Positions 48,430 to 57,982 of a stretch of 64,000 nucleotides of DNA are shown in pieces. Origin of the DNA: Acidimicrobiia bacterium. Its GTDB lineage: Bacteria > Actinomycetota > Acidimicrobiia > Spongiisociales > ZC4RG35. The notes beneath the pieces are model-generated. The model did no database searches and was not told where the DNA came from. It saw only the letters and a list, made by a program, of their open reading frames with translations. How positions within the stretch are numbered: position 1 is the first letter of the stretch; each line of letters starts with the position of its first letter. Both the position numbers and the translations under genes were made by a program. The stretch covers positions 2,400,001 through 2,464,000 of the forward strand of contig CBDBCY010000004.1 of the NCBI GenBank assembly GCA_965203555.1. Reading direction: 5' to 3'.

Positions 48430-51400
48430 GTGTCTGACGTGTCGTTGAGTGGGTGGCGGGTTTGCCTCTGGGTGCTGTTGTTGCCGGCGTCGGCGGCGTT
48501 TTTGTGGCTGTTGGTGGGTGGCGCTCGGGCACAGTCGGTGGCTGCTCCGACGATCGACCATGTGGCGCCGGGTGACACGGGGCTGACGGTGGCCTGGACG
48601 GCGCCTGCGGGGGCGTCGGGGGTGGTGGCCTATGACGTGCGTCATATCCTGACCAGCGCCACCGACAAGTCCGATGCCAACTGGACGGTGGTGGACGAGG
48701 CGTGGACCGAGGGGTCTCTCCGGGTGATCCTGACCGGGTTGACCAATGGTGTCTCCTATGACGTGCAGGTGCGGGCCACCACTGCCGGTGTGGACGGCGC
48801 CTGGTCGAGCACGACCACGGGGACCCCGGCGGAGCCGGGCGATACACATGCGACAGCGGTCAGGTTCGTGGCGGAGCTGCCGGTGCGGGGCGTGCTGGGT
48901 CCGAACGACGACGTGGACTATTTCCGGTTCGACGTCTCCGGCACGGCCATCCGCGAGTACTACGTCTTCACTACGGGAGATACCGATACCTACGGCGAGT
49001 TGTACAACCAGAGCGGTGACCGCCTGAAGTGGTCCAATGACGCGTTTTTTGCGTCGGGTCCGTACAATTTGATGATGACCGGTCGGCTTTCGCCGGGTGC
49101 ATACTATGTCAGGGTGGAGGCGGGCCGTACCGGTGAGCAGGGTCCGTACACGCTGCACCTCGGTTTCCTGGCGGAGACCACCGGTTTGGCCAACGCCACG
49201 CCCGTCGGCCTCGGCGAGGTCGCACGCGGCGTCTTCAGCCGCGCCGGCGGCGCCGGCGTCACGGGAGATGTCGACTACTTCAAGCTGGTACTGTCGCAGG
49301 CCGCCGACGTGGCGGTGCGAGGCGGCGGGCTGGTGTCCGACACGACGGGCGCGATTCTGAATTCGAGCGGCGCCGAGATCGTCACCAGCGACGACGGGTG
49401 GCTGTGGCCCAACACCAGGCAGTTCGCCATGCGGACCCGACTGGCGGCCGGGACCTGGTACATACGGATCGAGCCATGGGTGAATCCGGTCGTACGGACC
49501 TTCGGCTTTCCGGCTCCGACCGGTTTCTACAACCTGTACGTGGACGCGGCGCCGGAGCCGGGCGGCACGACGACCGCGGCGGCCCGCCTGAGGCTGGGGG
49601 ACACCGGCGGCGGCAAGATCGACCCGGCCGGCGACGTCGACTTGTTCCGCATCGACCTCGACTCATCGGCGCGGGTGCGGATCTCGGCGGCGAGCCGCGA
49701 TGTCGACATCGACTTCGAACTGGCGGACCACAACGGCATGACGCTTGCCAACCATGTCTACGATGTCACTGTCGTCAACAGGAGTTCGGTAACTGTGGCG
49801 TACTACAACGTTCTCAGCGGCGGGTTGGCGGCGGGAACCTATTATGTGCGGGTCAGCGCCGAGGATCCGACCGCCACCGGTTCGTACCTGGTGCTGTTCT
49901 CGGACGACAGGGGCTATGATCGTCTCCTGCGTCACTGCCCGCAGGCGCCGGCCGGCATCGACGATCCCCTGTTCGGGTGCCAGTGGCATCTGGGCAACGA
50001 CGGCGGCCTGGGAGGCGTGGCGGGCGAGGACATCAACCTGGGCACGGCGTGGAGCACGACCATGGGCGCCGGCGTCAACGTGGCGGTGGTCGACAGTAGA
50101 CTCGACCCGTTCCATGAGGACCTGAGCGACAACGTGCTGCCGTCGCGCAATCACAGCTACGGTCCGGTCGGCCCGGTGGATAGACACGGTACTGCGGTGG
50201 CCGGTCTGATCGCGGCGCGCGACAACCAACTCGGCATGCGGGGGGTGGCGCCCCGGGCGAGCATCTACGGCTATGACCTGCTATCGGAGTTCAGCCTGGC
50301 GAACGCGGCCGACGCCATGGCGCGGGGACGGGTCACCACGTCGGTCTCCAACAACAGCTGGGGAACCAGCAGCGGTCCCTATGTCGGCCGCTCCTCCCGG
50401 CTGCTGGATCTGGCCATCGAGTCGGGACTGCGGGAGGGCGACGGCGGTAAGGGGGTGGTGTACGTCATATCCGCGGGCAACGACCACGGACAGAGCGGAT
50501 GGGCGTCGCTGGAGGAAATGGAAACCCATCACGGTTTCACCACGGTCTGCGCGGTGGACGCGTTCGGTGAGAGGGCGAGCTATTCCGAGCAGGGACCCAA
50601 CCTGTGGGTGTGCGCTCCGTCCGGGGTTCGGGCATCCAAGATTCGCCCGGACATGGCCACCACGTACAACTACAACCGCTACAGCGATGACTTCAGCGGC
50701 ACGAGCGCCGCCGCGCCGGTGGTGTCGGGGGTGGTTGCGCTGGTGCGGGCCGCGGGCCCCACGCTGACCTGGCGGGACGTGAAACTGATCCTGGCGGAGA
50801 CGGCCCGCAAGAACGACGCCTCGGACAGCGGCTGGCAGCGGGCGGGCCGCAGACGCGGCGGTGGTGGATCGACTCAGTTTTACGAGTACAGCCACAAGTA
50901 CGGTTTCGGGGTGGTGGACGCCGAGGCGGCGGTGCAACTGGCTGCCGGCTGGACGAATCTGCCGCCCATGCGCACCGCCGCCGTGACCTCGACCGGCGGG
51001 ACCGTGTCGGTTCCCGACAACGGAACGAGGGTTTCCCGGAGCGTGAAGATCGACACGCCGATCGATTTCGTGGAGCATGTGGAGTTGGACGCGTCGTTCC
51101 AGGCGCGGGCGTTCCGGGACCTGGAGGTGGAGTTGGTGTCGCCGTCGGGCTCGGTGTCGGTGCTGTCGAAACCCGCGGCGGACCAGTCTTGCCCGCAGTC
51201 GGGCGTCGGAGAGTGTGCTTTGGTGTCGCCGTTTCGGTTCGGCTCTGCCCGGCACCTGGGAGAGGACCCGTCGGGAACGTGGACCCTGCGGATGCGGGAC
51301 CTGCGGTCGGGCGGTCCGGTGTCGAGGCTGGATGGGTGGACGTTGACCGTGTACGGGCACCGTTCCGGGCCGGGGGCGCCTCCGTTGGGTGGGGTGGCGC

Positions 51401-54256
51401 CGGGCGACGGTTCGTTGACCGTGTCGTGGAGCGCTCCGTCCGATGCGGGATCTTCTGCGCTGACCGGCTATGACGTGCGTCACATCCGCAACGCCGCCAC
51501 CGACAAGTCCGACGGGCAGTGGACGGTGGCGGCGGACGCGGCGACGGCCGGTACGAACAGTTACACGATCACCGCACTCACCAACGGTATCCGCCGCGAC
51601 GTGCAGGTGCGGGCCAAGAACAGCACCCGCTCCGGGGTGTGGTCGGTGACCGCGGCGGGGACGCCGGGCGCTTCCAACGGTGTGCCGTTCTTCACCGACG
51701 GCGAGTCCGCCACCCGTACCGTGGAGGAGAACACCGATCCGGGCGTCGACATCGGCTCGGCGGTGGGGGCCCGCGACCCCGACGGCGACACGCTCTCCTA
51801 CACGTTGGACAGTTCAGGTGCGGCCTGGTTCGACATCGTGGCGTCCACCGGCCAGTTGCAGACCAAGGCCCCGCTCGACCACGAGACGCGGGGAAGCTAT
51901 TCGGTGACGGTCTCGGTGCGGGACCAAAAGGACGACGACAACGTGGCTGACACCGCGGTCGACGACACCGTCACCGTCACCGTGGCAGTCGGCGACGTGA
52001 ACGAGCCTCCGGTGGTGAGCGGGCCGGTCCGCTCTGAGGTTGCGGAGGGCAGCCGTAGCCTGGTGGGCGACTATTCGGCCGTCGACCCGGAGGGCTCTTC
52101 GGTCTTTTGGTCGTTGTCCGGCGATGACGCCGCCCTTTTCGTCATAACCAACAGGAGCGGCCTGTTGTTCTTGGACTTCGTGACGCCGCCTGATTTCGAG
52201 TCTCCTGCCGATTCTGATGGTGACAATGTTTACGACGTGACGGTAGAGGCGTTCGACGGTGCGGTGACGGGGATGTTGGACGTGGAGGTGACGGTCACCA
52301 ACGTGAACGAGACCCCGGTTCTGACCGGCCCGTCGACGGTCGAGGTCGACGAGGGAACCGCCACGACCGTGGCCGTTGCCACCTTCACTGTCACCGACCC
52401 TGACAACGACCCCATTACGTGGCTGCTCTGGGGCGAGGACCGGGACGATTTCAGCGTTTCCAATAGTGGTGAGTTGAGCTTCCGGGCGGTGCCTGATTTC
52501 GAGAACCCCGCCGACCGCAACCGTGACAATGTCTATTGGGTGACGGTTCGGGTGTCCGACGGGTCGGTCACCGTTTCGCGGCAGGCTAGGGTGAGGGTGC
52601 GCAACACCGACGAGGCCGGCTCGGTCACGCTCTCGCTGCTGCATCCCCAGGTCGGTACGCGGATCGGGGCTTCGCTTTCCGATCCCGACGGCGGCGTGAC
52701 GTCGGTTGCCTGGCAGTGGCAGTCGTCGTCCAACCAGCAGAACTGGACGGCGATCGCCGGGGCGACCGGGAGGAACTACACGCCGGTGGCGGCCGACGAG
52801 GGCCGGTGGCTGCGAGCGCGGGCGGGCTATCGGGACGGTGAGGGGTCCGGCAAGACCGCCGCCGCCGCGTCGGCGTCGGCCACCCGGGCCGCTCCCCAGG
52901 TGAACCGACCGCCCACGTTCGGCCAAGGCAGCGTGCAGCGCAGCGTCGCGGAGAACACGCCCGCCGGTCAGTCCGTCGGCGCCGCGGTTACGGCTAGCGA
53001 CCCCGACAACGATCTGCTCACCTACGCTCTCGACCGCAGCGGCCGCGCGTTTTTCGATATCGATCCGAATACCGGGGAGCTTTTGACCAAGGCGCCGCTC
53101 AACCACGAGACCCGCGGTTCGCACAACGTGCGGGTGACCGCCAGGGACCCGTCCGGGGCCGCCGCTTCTGTCACTGTGAACATAGAAGTGGTCGACGTCG
53201 ACGAGGACGGGACGCTCACATTGCCGACCAGGCAGTTGAGCGAGGGTCAGACGCTGTCAGCGACGCTCCGGGAGCCCGACACCGGCGTACGCGACCGGGT
53301 GTGGCTGTGGGAACAGTCCACCGACCGGAACAACTGGACGACCATCAGCGGCGCTACCGGGTCGAGCCTGCGGCTGACCGCCGATCACGTCGGCGACTGG
53401 TTGCGGGTCACGGTCACCTACACCGACACGCACGGCGCGGGCAAGACACTGGAAGCCGAAACGCCCAACAGGGTACAGGCGCGAACCACCGGCGGAGGAG
53501 GTGGGTCCCACCGGCGGCGGAGGAGGTGGTGGAGGAGGAGGAGGAGGCGGTGGAGGGGGCGGTGGAGGAGGTGGTGGAGGAGGTGGTGGAGGAGGTGGTG
53601 GGGGTGGTCCGGTTGATGATGGTGGTGGGTTGGACGTAGCGCCTCCCCGCGCTTCCGAGTTGTTCGAGGACGTTCCCGAAGGGGTGTGGTACGAGTCGGC
53701 GGTGTCGTGGATGATCCTCCACGAGGTCACCCAGGGATGTTCTCCGACCCTGTTTTGTCCGGATGAGAAACTGACCCGTCAGCAGTTCGTGACGTTTTTG
53801 TGGAGAGCGGCCGGTAAACCCTCGGGTGAGTACACGGGATCGGAAGCGTTCTCCGATGTCGAGGAGGGGGTGTATTCGGACCGGGCGATCGGGTGGGCGG
53901 TGGCAGAGGAGATCACCTTGGGATGCACACAGGGTTCGTTCGGTACCGAGGACTGGAGGTTCTGTCCCCAACAGCCGGTCACCCGCGGTCAGATGGCCAC
54001 ACTCCTCTACCGGCACACCGAAGCCGACTACGTTGGCGCTCCGCCTTCCTACACCGATGTGGCGCCCGACAGTTTCTACACGCCCAGTGTGTCCTGGTTG
54101 ACCGACTTCCAGGTGGTGCCCGGATGCCACCCCACCCGCTTCTGCCCAGAGCGGCCCGCCACCCGCGCCGAGGCCGCCCTGTTCATCAACGGAGTGGCCA
54201 TCCGCCCCCACATCTGGGGCGAGGGAAACACCAGCTTCATACCCGCCCCCGGCTAG
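48430..54256 (+). CDS. Giant surface kexin-like S8 protease: FN3 - PPC-like repeats - S8 - P domain - FN3 - cadherin-like repeats - Gly linker - 3x SLH; +1 frameshift near 53505
   Basis: Triad VAVVD / RHGTAVAG / FSGTSAAAP, ISAGN, LTWRDV, HKYGFG; P domain DLEVELVSPSG..GTWTL; cadherin PDFE/DPD.D motifs; SLH tail in ORF 53501-54256. Confidence 0.88.
53491..53608 (+). repeat. (GGN)n poly-glycine linker containing the frameshift
   Basis: Read directly. Confidence 0.88.
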
Positions 54257-54443
54257 ACGGGCGCTTCCAGGGGTAGTGGTCGCATGCCGTAGGAAAGGGG
54301 GCAGGGAGTCGTGGCCATGCCGACACCGGGCTATTTGATGAGGTCGAAAATGTCCTGGATTGCCAGACTGAACCACTGCTCATAAATCCCCGGTTGGTCG
54401 TAGAATGTGACTCGTAAAGCCATTGCAGGCAGGGAGCCTCAAG

Positions 54444-54716
54444 ATGACGATGCCGACACGCCGACCCCGAGAGGAGACAGCCCGTCTTGGCGAAGAGATA
54501 TACGAGCGGGATATCCGGTCTCAGGTCGAGAAGACCCATCGCGGGAAGATAGTCGCCATCGACGTGGACAGCGGTAACTATGCCATCGGCGACATGGTCG
54601 TTACCGCAGCAAAGCGTCTGCGGGAGCAACGCCCGGACGCCGATGTCTGGTCTGTGCGGGTGGGATACCGCACGCTGCGCAGCTTCCGGGGCGGTTCCTT
54701 GCGGAGGACGGGGTGA
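54444..54716 (+). CDS. Small DUF5678-like protein
   Basis: GEEIYE..IR..VE....GKIVAIDVDSG.Y ... RVG; usual partner of clan AA proteases. Confidence 0.65.
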   Translation: MTMPTRRPREETARLGEEIYERDIRSQVEKTHRGKIVAIDVDSGNYAIGDMVVTAAKRLREQRPDADVWSVRVGYRTLRSFRGGSLRRTG

Positions 54717-54727
54717 TATAGGGTTTC

Positions 54728-55093
54728 GTGAACGCCAGGTATGAGCCGGTGATCTCGATTCCCTTGCAAGGCCCATCGGGGCTGGCGCAGGAGATCGAAG
54801 CCGTGGTAGATACAGGCTACAACGGTTATATAACCTTGCCGCCTGGGCTGGTGGCGGAGTTGGGGCTGACTCTTCAAAGCGAAGGGTGGGCGATGCTGGC
54901 GAACGGCAGTGTCGAGACATTTGACATTTACGGTGTCACGATGCTTTGGGGCGGCCAACCGAGACATGTCGATGCTGACGCGGTGGGACCGACGCCGCTT
55001 GCGGGCATGCTCTTGCTGGACAGGCATGACTTGAGCATCCAGGTTCGGGAAGGGGGCCGCGTCGAGAGCGGTGCTGTTGGCGTTCTATCTTGA
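54728..55093 (+). CDS. Clan AA (retropepsin-like) aspartic protease; the coupled start at 54713 is followed by TAG at codon 3
   Basis: AVVDTGYNG.ITLP, LANGS, PLAGMLLL. Confidence 0.8.
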   Translation: MNARYEPVISIPLQGPSGLAQEIEAVVDTGYNGYITLPPGLVAELGLTLQSEGWAMLANGSVETFDIYGVTMLWGGQPRHVDADAVGPTPLAGMLLLDRHDLSIQVREGGRVESGAVGVLS

Positions 55094-55139
55094 CTAACCC
55101 CAAGGGTGGTTCCGGTACAATGAGGGGTGGAGGGGCAGG

Positions 55140-56165
55140 TTGGTCATGTTGACAGGCTGTTTTGAGGCGGCGCGCACAGGAGCAGATGCGGTGGGAGTTG
55201 TTGATACAGGATTTGTTCCTACTTTGGCGGAGGCGGAGCGGGCTGCGAAGGTGGTGGCCGGGGAGGGCGCGGGAAGGGTGTTGTTGTTCGGCTCGGTTGT
55301 CCGTGGTGAGGCTCACCGTCACAGTGACATTGACCTGATGGTGATTTACGACGATCTCGATTATGCGGTGCGGGAGGATATGAAAGTCGAACTGGAGAGG
55401 TTGGCGCGTGCTGAGGTCGGTTGCCCTGTGAACGTTCATCTCACTGATCGTCCGGAGTGGAAGATGCGCACCGAGCAGGTGGTGACCTCTTTTGAGAGCA
55501 GGGTGAAGGGCCATGCGCTGCTGTTGGTGGACAGGGAACCGGGAGAGGTCGATTGGGACAAGGAGATGGTGATGGCAACAAGCGACGATGAAGAAGCGGT
55601 GAAGCGGCTGCGCCAGGTAGCGAACGCGTTGGAGGGCATTGAGACCGGTTTCGTGCCCACCTTTTCCCAGCGGCTGCGGGAGGAGTCCGGTCACCAGATG
55701 GCGGCGTTCGCTTCATACGAAAGGCGGCTCGCCCGAGGTTGCGCTGCGGGGCATCTTGCTGTGGAGACATCGGTGAAGGCCCTGATCCATCTAACGTCTT
55801 CGCCGGAGGCTCAGCCGTGGGGTCACCAGATAGACAATCTTCTCCCTCAGCTCCCCGAGCCGCACAGGAGCGAGATCGAATCCCGTCTGGATCGGGCGGG
55901 AGTTGATGAGCTTCAGCGCTGGCAGGAACAGGCCCGGTACGAACGGTTTGTTCCCGGCACTGCCGACGTGTTCACGGAGATAGCCGAAGCGGCCTGTGAG
56001 GTGGCTCTGTACACAGTTGACCAATTTGACTCGGGCTTGGGCATCGCGGACGAGGTCCGGAGTTCGGTGTCGGCTATAGAACAGGCCTTGGCCCGCCGCG
56101 ACCTCTACACCGGCCGAGAGCGGGAGGGCACGGTTGAACGGTCGATCCGTAGGCCCCTGGCGTAG
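55140..56165 (+). CDS. Minimal nucleotidyltransferase (MNT) - HEPN fusion protein
   Basis: LFGSVVRG....SDIDL; HEPN HLAVETSVKALI, WGHQIDNLL, ARY; start uncertain. Confidence 0.8.
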   Translation: MVMLTGCFEAARTGADAVGVVDTGFVPTLAEAERAAKVVAGEGAGRVLLFGSVVRGEAHRHSDIDLMVIYDDLDYAVREDMKVELERLARAEVGCPVNVHLTDRPEWKMRTEQVVTSFESRVKGHALLLVDREPGEVDWDKEMVMATSDDEEAVKRLRQVANALEGIETGFVPTFSQRLREESGHQMAAFASYERRLARGCAAGHLAVETSVKALIHLTSSPEAQPWGHQIDNLLPQLPEPHRSEIESRLDRAGVDELQRWQEQARYERFVPGTADVFTEIAEAACEVALYTVDQFDSGLGIADEVRSSVSAIEQALARRDLYTGREREGTVERSIRRPLA

Positions 56166-56438
56166 TTCATATATCCACCATATGCCGTGGAACGCGGTTG
56201 CGGAGGCGCCACCCTGGGTGGGGTTTTCGAAATAGCATTCGTGTGTGAAACAACACGAGAAGGCTGCTGAGTATTGCGTTCGGGGGATGGTGAATCACCC
56301 AACTCGATCTCGAACGGCACGGTGGACGCACCGGTCGAGGGGGGTCATGGCCGGAGTCCTCAGAAGCGTTCGACCCACTGCCTGTGACTACCCGCGGGCA
56401 TTACACGAAGTTCGTGTTATCTTCAGCGGAGAAAAACA

Positions 56439-56669
56439 TTGCGGAATGTGACTATCACGCTTGACGAAGAAACTGCGCGGTGGGCCCGTGTTGAGGCGGC
56501 AAAGCTTGGTACCAGCGTTTCCCGTCTCGTAGGCGAAATGCTGGAGGAACACATGAAGAGCGCGGCGACATATGAACGGGCCCGGCGGTCGTATTCCAAT
56601 CGCTCGCCCGTTCCCCTGAAGGCAAGTGAGGGCTCCTATCCCACGAGAAGCGAGACTCACTCAAGGTGA
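56439..56669 (+). CDS. RHH/CopG-like antitoxin
   Basis: NVTITLDEE..RWAR..AA...TSVSRLVGEML ... PTR.E.H.R; overlaps PIN start (GTGA). Confidence 0.82.
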   Translation: MRNVTITLDEETARWARVEAAKLGTSVSRLVGEMLEEHMKSAATYERARRSYSNRSPVPLKASEGSYPTRSETHSR

Positions 56670-57107
56670 CGGTGTTCGTCGATACCAATGTTCTGGTCTA
56701 TGCCCGGGGAGGTGAGCGAGCCGGAGAAACAGCCTATCGCACGAGAGTGGATCGATCGTCTGTGGAGCACGAGACAGGGCCGCTTGAGTGTGCAGGTTCT
56801 CAACGAGTACTACGTAACAGTTGCTCTCAAACTCCACCCGGGGATGTCTATTGGGGATGCACAAGCGTACATCAGGGATCTGAAGAGTTGGGACCCCATG
56901 CCCGTCGACTCAGCATTGATGAACCGCGCCTGGGCGGTGGAAAGCCGATTCGATCTGCAGTACGGGGACGCTTTAATTGTCGCCTCCGCTCAGCAATTCG
57001 GCTGCAGCCACCTTCTCAGCGAAGATCTGCAAGATGGTCAAGACCTCGACGGAGTGCTGGTAGTGAATCCCTTTACCCACCAACCCGACAGGCTTCTTTC
57101 CGGTTGA
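56666..57107 (+). pseudogene. PIN-domain (VapC) toxin with +1 frameshift near 56708
   Basis: VFVDTNVLVYA in one frame; SVQVLNE, DALIVASA...GC..LLSEDLQDG...VNPF in the next. Confidence 0.8.
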
Positions 57108-57111
57108 TTGG

Positions 57112-57508
57112 GCCGCAATGGAGGAGGGCCGAATTCGGCCCTCGGAGCCCCGCAGGTGGCGCAAGCCCCGAATGGTGTTCGTGCCGCAATGGAGGAGGGC
57201 CGAATTCGGCCCTCGGAGGGGCTCCCCACTTGAACACATCCTCATCGAGACCGCAGCCGCAATGGAGGAGGGCCGAATTCGGCCCTCGGAGAAGCACATA
57301 CCGACCGGGGGCGCCGAAGGGCGCCCCCGCCGCAATGGAGGAGGGCCGAATTCGGCCCTCGGAGTAGGACTGTCCGAGGTGAAGTGAAAGTGATCACCAT
57401 CGCCGCAATGGAGGAGGGCCGAATTCGGCCCTCGGAGGAGAGTCTGGTGTGGGTGTTGGACCTGGCCAGGCAGCCGCAATGGAGGAGGGCCGAATTCGGC
57501 CCTCGGAG
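57112..57508 (-). CRISPR. CRISPR array: 6 identical 36-bp repeats, 5 spacers (35,37,37,37,35 bp), type I-G
   Basis: Repeat GCCGCAATGGAGGAGGGCCGAATTCGGCCCTCGGAG (+ strand) at 57112, 57183, 57256, 57329, 57402, 57473; minus orientation inferred from the ATTGCGGC 3' end and cas/leader side. Confidence 0.97.
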
Positions 57509-57679
57509 GGCTCGCACTTTATTTGGGCGCTGACCTGGGGTTTAGCGTTACCTTTGCGAGCACTTGGTTCGGCGGCTGATTTTGAGCAGCTGTTATTCGG
57601 TTGTCAAGGTGCTTTAATCCTACATCTATCAGGCATTCGAGCGGTTCTTGGGAGTGGTGGTCGGACCTTACCTCTCGCA
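57509..57679 (-). promoter_or_regulatory. CRISPR leader
   Basis: Lower-GC non-coding stretch between cas2 stop and the first repeat. Confidence 0.65.
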
Positions 57680-57979
57680 TCAGATAATTACCGGTCCGCT
57701 GGTGGGCAATGGGTTGGATTGTCCCATGAAAGAGAAGCATCTCGTGCCGCGTTCTTGTGGCTGCCCGAGGTCGACGATGGCAATGGAATCAATGGTGTGA
57801 TGGATAATGCTCCCCAATTCAGTGCGCAACTCCATTAGTTCCATAAAATCAAGATCACAGACGAAAACTGAGTATTGCAGGGACCAGCCAAACGCTTTCA
57901 TAGTCTTGTGCACCCGGCGTAGACGTTTGTCGTCTCTGATGTCATAAGCTACCAGGTATCGTTTTCGTCCTCTCGCCAC
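57680..57979 (-). CDS. cas2: CRISPR-associated endonuclease Cas2
   Basis: YLVAYDIRDDKRLRRV, G..LQYSVF.C. Confidence 0.95.
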   Translation of the reverse strand: MARGRKRYLVAYDIRDDKRLRRVHKTMKAFGWSLQYSVFVCDLDFMELMELRTELGSIIHHTIDSIAIVDLGQPQERGTRCFSFMGQSNPLPTSGPVII

Positions 57980-57982
57980 GCG

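Noticed and set aside
53510-53616. Arg/Trp-rich C-terminus of the 1748-aa ORF as an antimicrobial or cell-penetrating peptide
   Set aside because: Out-of-frame reading of the poly-Gly linker
57148-57472. Self-targeting by CRISPR spacers within the window
   Set aside because: No match noticed by eye; not exhaustively searched
57118-57517. Short ORFs with repeated MEEGRIRPSE / LRGPNSALLHCG peptides
   Set aside because: Translations of the CRISPR repeats
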